DNA of 39,418 nucleotides from an uncultured virus (IMG/VR IMGVR_UViG_3300012954_000006) (Duplodnaviria; Heunggongvirae; Uroviricota; Caudoviricetes): IMG/VR virus record IMGVR_UViG_3300012954_000006; one strand, 5' to 3'. Shown piece by piece: positions 37,085 to 39,418 of this stretch (position 1 is its first letter; each line of letters starts with the position of its first letter). The notes under the pieces were generated by a model. It saw only the letters and a program-made list of their open reading frames with translations, ran no database searches and was not told where the DNA came from. The position numbers and the translations under genes were made by a program.

Positions 37085-38218
37085 CTAATATCCACTTAAC
37101 AATTTACCTGCAAACGTACTACCTACCCATGCAAAACTATACGGGTCATGCAACACAAAAAACCGATTATCCTCATCACAACTTGCATTATTGCCTATTA
37201 ACAAGTGCAAATTATTTAATTCTTTTGTAGATAACAACCTATTTTCTTCTGTTACCTCATGCAAATAAAGTGACCATTTTTTGCCTTGATTGAAAAAATG
37301 ATTTCCTAAACGCTCAAAATAACCATTTTCAACAAAACTTTTTAACTCACCGATAGCTACAAAATGTAATTCCGACATTTTAAGCAAAGTTTCAATATGC
37401 TCATTTTCTGCTTTTACAGCACCTGCCAACAATACTCTTATATTGGTGTGTGCTAAAGCCTTAAAATTACTTACACCTCGTGCTTGTATTGCTAAATACT
37501 TCAAATTACTCATTTTTCCCACAAACTGAATATTCAAAGTACGGTTGCTATAATAAGAAAATGGCTGCTCGCCTTCATACTTGCCACTAATATCTAAATA
37601 TACCAAATTTACTAACTGCTCAAATGGCATCAAGTCGTTACCTACCAATCCATTATCTAAGCTTAATACTAGTACTTTTAATTCTTTTAATGAAGCGATA
37701 GCATTTATATCATCTTTAGTATAGCTCACACCACAACGCATATCAACAAAGGTTTCTAAGTTGGGGCATAATTTCGCTATGGTAGGAATATCCACTTCAA
37801 CATTAGATGTTAGCCATAAATTTCTTACCGTTTTAGATATTAGATTTTCTTTGATAAATGGCAATGGCGATACCTTATGATTGATGGCTAGTGCTTTTAT
37901 ATTCGGCAAATAACCAAATTCAATTGCTATCGACTCTCCCACATACTGCGAAGGCTCGTTTCTTATAGTCTGGTTGAGTGTCATAGAATACACTAGATGG
38001 TGATTATCATTAGTTGAATACAAAGCACGAGAAGTGACAAAATAATCATTAATGGCACTAGCATCCCAATCAAAATAATTATTTCCATCAAACTCATGTT
38101 GCTTAAAAACATCTCTTAACAACTTACAATCACCTTCGTAAGTTCTGGAGACACAAAAATTATTTACCTGCTGTTCAAATGGCATTTCTGCTGCTGTGTC
38201 TTGACTTAAATCTGTCAT
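37085..38218 (-). CDS. Leucine-rich repeat protein
   Basis: LCPNLETF, IASLKELKVLVL, FEQLVNLVYLDISG, VGKMSNLKYLAI repeats. Confidence 0.8.
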   Translation of the reverse strand: MTDLSQDTAAEMPFEQQVNNFCVSRTYEGDCKLLRDVFKQHEFDGNNYFDWDASAINDYFVTSRALYSTNDNHHLVYSMTLNQTIRNEPSQYVGESIAIEFGYLPNIKALAINHKVSPLPFIKENLISKTVRNLWLTSNVEVDIPTIAKLCPNLETFVDMRCGVSYTKDDINAIASLKELKVLVLSLDNGLVGNDLMPFEQLVNLVYLDISGKYEGEQPFSYYSNRTLNIQFVGKMSNLKYLAIQARGVSNFKALAHTNIRVLLAGAVKAENEHIETLLKMSELHFVAIGELKSFVENGYFERLGNHFFNQGKKWSLYLHEVTEENRLLSTKELNNLHLLIGNNASCDEDNRFFVLHDPYSFAWVGSTFAGKLLSGY

Positions 38219-38340
38219 GTTATTTTTATTTTATTAATGAATGACTAAGCTATCTAATTAAGCTTAGTTCTTTATTTTCAACAATATAAAGATACGAATA
38301 ATTTTACTATTATTATAATTTTATCGCTGTTTTTTGGAAA
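38177..38340 (-). repeat. Promoter/leader/N-terminus cassette C, copy 1
   Basis: taaagatacgaataatttt.ctattattataattttatcgctgtttttt shared with 39305-39354; shared first codons. Confidence 0.85.
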
Positions 38341-38350
38341 AACATTTCAT

Positions 38351-38388
38351 AAAAAATGCCAACATTTTTTTTATTAATGTTGGCATTT
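38351..38388 (-). terminator. Intrinsic terminator
   Basis: AAATGCCAACATT...AATGTTGGCATTT plus T-run. Confidence 0.8.
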
Positions 38389-38411
38389 AGTTATATAATA
38401 TAAAACAAATT

Positions 38412-39236
38412 CTATTTTACTACACTTGGTATTTCATAAAGATAACAAAATGTTTGCTGTTTCTCTGTCATATCTAAAACAATACCCTCTTTTTTGATAT
38501 GTACCGCTTCATTTTCAGAAACCTTAATATACATATTTTTTTCATAATCATTCGTTCCGATTCCACCGCTTTCTCTAGCCAAAACAAATGACTGATTAAG
38601 TTGTATTTCATTGAAAGGTTGAATAGCGGTAGGTACTAACATAAGTGGCTTAATTGCCTGTGCATTTTTAATGCGTCTTACCAAACGATTTTCACGGCCT
38701 CCTGTGTGACAATATATTGCTTTCACTTCCGAACCTTGAATAAAGGTAACGACTGTTTTTGCAGTTTTATTGTAAGGTACAAGCACTTGCATTTCTTTTG
38801 TTTTTGACTTTGTATTTTTGACATACTCAAATACATCGCCTAAAGCTAGATTTTTCAATGTAATAGGCATAGTATTTGCATATTCTTTTTTTGCCAAACG
38901 ATTAGCTTCTTTTTGTGCCTTTGCAAAAGTTTTCTCATTTTTGTTTTTTGCAGACAAAACTAACAAAGTAGTTAATAATTTGACTAAACAAATTTTTGCA
39001 GACTTTTTCAATAGTAAATCTAAAGCTAAAATCTCTTTTTGGTCTTTGCCATTTTCAGCCAAAACGGTCAATTTTCTATATGCCACACCGTTTTTTACCT
39101 CAAAACCACCTAAAGATAAGATAGTATGTACGCCCTCTAATGTAGTACCATCTGCACATAATACATTTTCAATAATACGTCCCTTTACTAAATTAAAAGG
39201 GTTTTTTGTCGCTGTGTTTTGACTTAAATTTGTCAT
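38412..39236 (-). CDS. Hypothetical protein
   Basis: 274 aa ORF. Confidence 0.8.
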   Translation of the reverse strand: MTNLSQNTATKNPFNLVKGRIIENVLCADGTTLEGVHTILSLGGFEVKNGVAYRKLTVLAENGKDQKEILALDLLLKKSAKICLVKLLTTLLVLSAKNKNEKTFAKAQKEANRLAKKEYANTMPITLKNLALGDVFEYVKNTKSKTKEMQVLVPYNKTAKTVVTFIQGSEVKAIYCHTGGRENRLVRRIKNAQAIKPLMLVPTAIQPFNEIQLNQSFVLARESGGIGTNDYEKNMYIKVSENEAVHIKKEGIVLDMTEKQQTFCYLYEIPSVVK

Positions 39237-39360
39237 GTTAATTGTTTTTATTTTATTAATAGATAGTCAATCTTAATTGATTTGACTTATTGTTTTCAAC
39301 AAGATAAAGATACGAATAATTTTGCTATTATTATAATTTTATCGCTGTTTTTTGAAAGTT
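39195..39360 (-). repeat. Promoter/leader/N-terminus cassette C, copy 2
   Basis: As copy 1; a third partial copy (caacaagataaagata) begins at the window end. Confidence 0.85.
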
Positions 39361-39418
39361 TTTATGGAAAAGTTTTCGTTTTTTGTTTTACTTTCTTACT
39401 CTCAACAAGATAAAGATA

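Noticed and set aside
1..39418. Alternative genetic code (stop codon reassignment)
   Set aside because: Internal stops include TAA, TAG and TGA, all three also end genes normally, and long genes are open in code 11.
1..39418. tRNA, rRNA, integrase, transposase or reverse transcriptase/DGR
   Set aside because: No supporting motifs seen by eye; intergenic gaps are largely accounted for.

Overview
AT-rich window that looks like part of a large bacteriophage genome infecting Bacteroidota. About 60 tightly packed, mostly hypothetical genes lie almost entirely on the minus strand, driven by Bacteroidota-type promoters (TTTG-N19/20-TAnnTTTG) and separated by intrinsic terminators. Recognisable genes are an intact thyA, a Dam-like methyltransferase, an XRE-HTH/DUF4065 (Panacea) antitoxin-like gene, a WG-repeat protein, three LRR proteins, an SPFH-like lipoprotein, a C39-like peptidase, and a >960 aa Cys-rich FN3-containing protein running off the left edge (absent from the ORF track). 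The most striking signal is a set of host-type immune/signalling domains with open frames but eroded catalytic motifs: a stand-alone EAD11-like adaptor, a TIR domain, an LRR-Roc-like protein, an AAA_15/AAA_21-type ABC ATPase, a histidine-kinase-like protein and a nuclease-less terminase ATPase. Most of these cluster at 16.2-23.1 kb and form a candidate pseudo-enzyme decoy anti-defence arsenal. There are also two palindromic repeat families and duplicated promoter/leader cassettes. Several genes carry single in-frame stops or homopolymer frameshifts, most likely assembly errors. All domain calls are by-eye motif recognition, not database searches.
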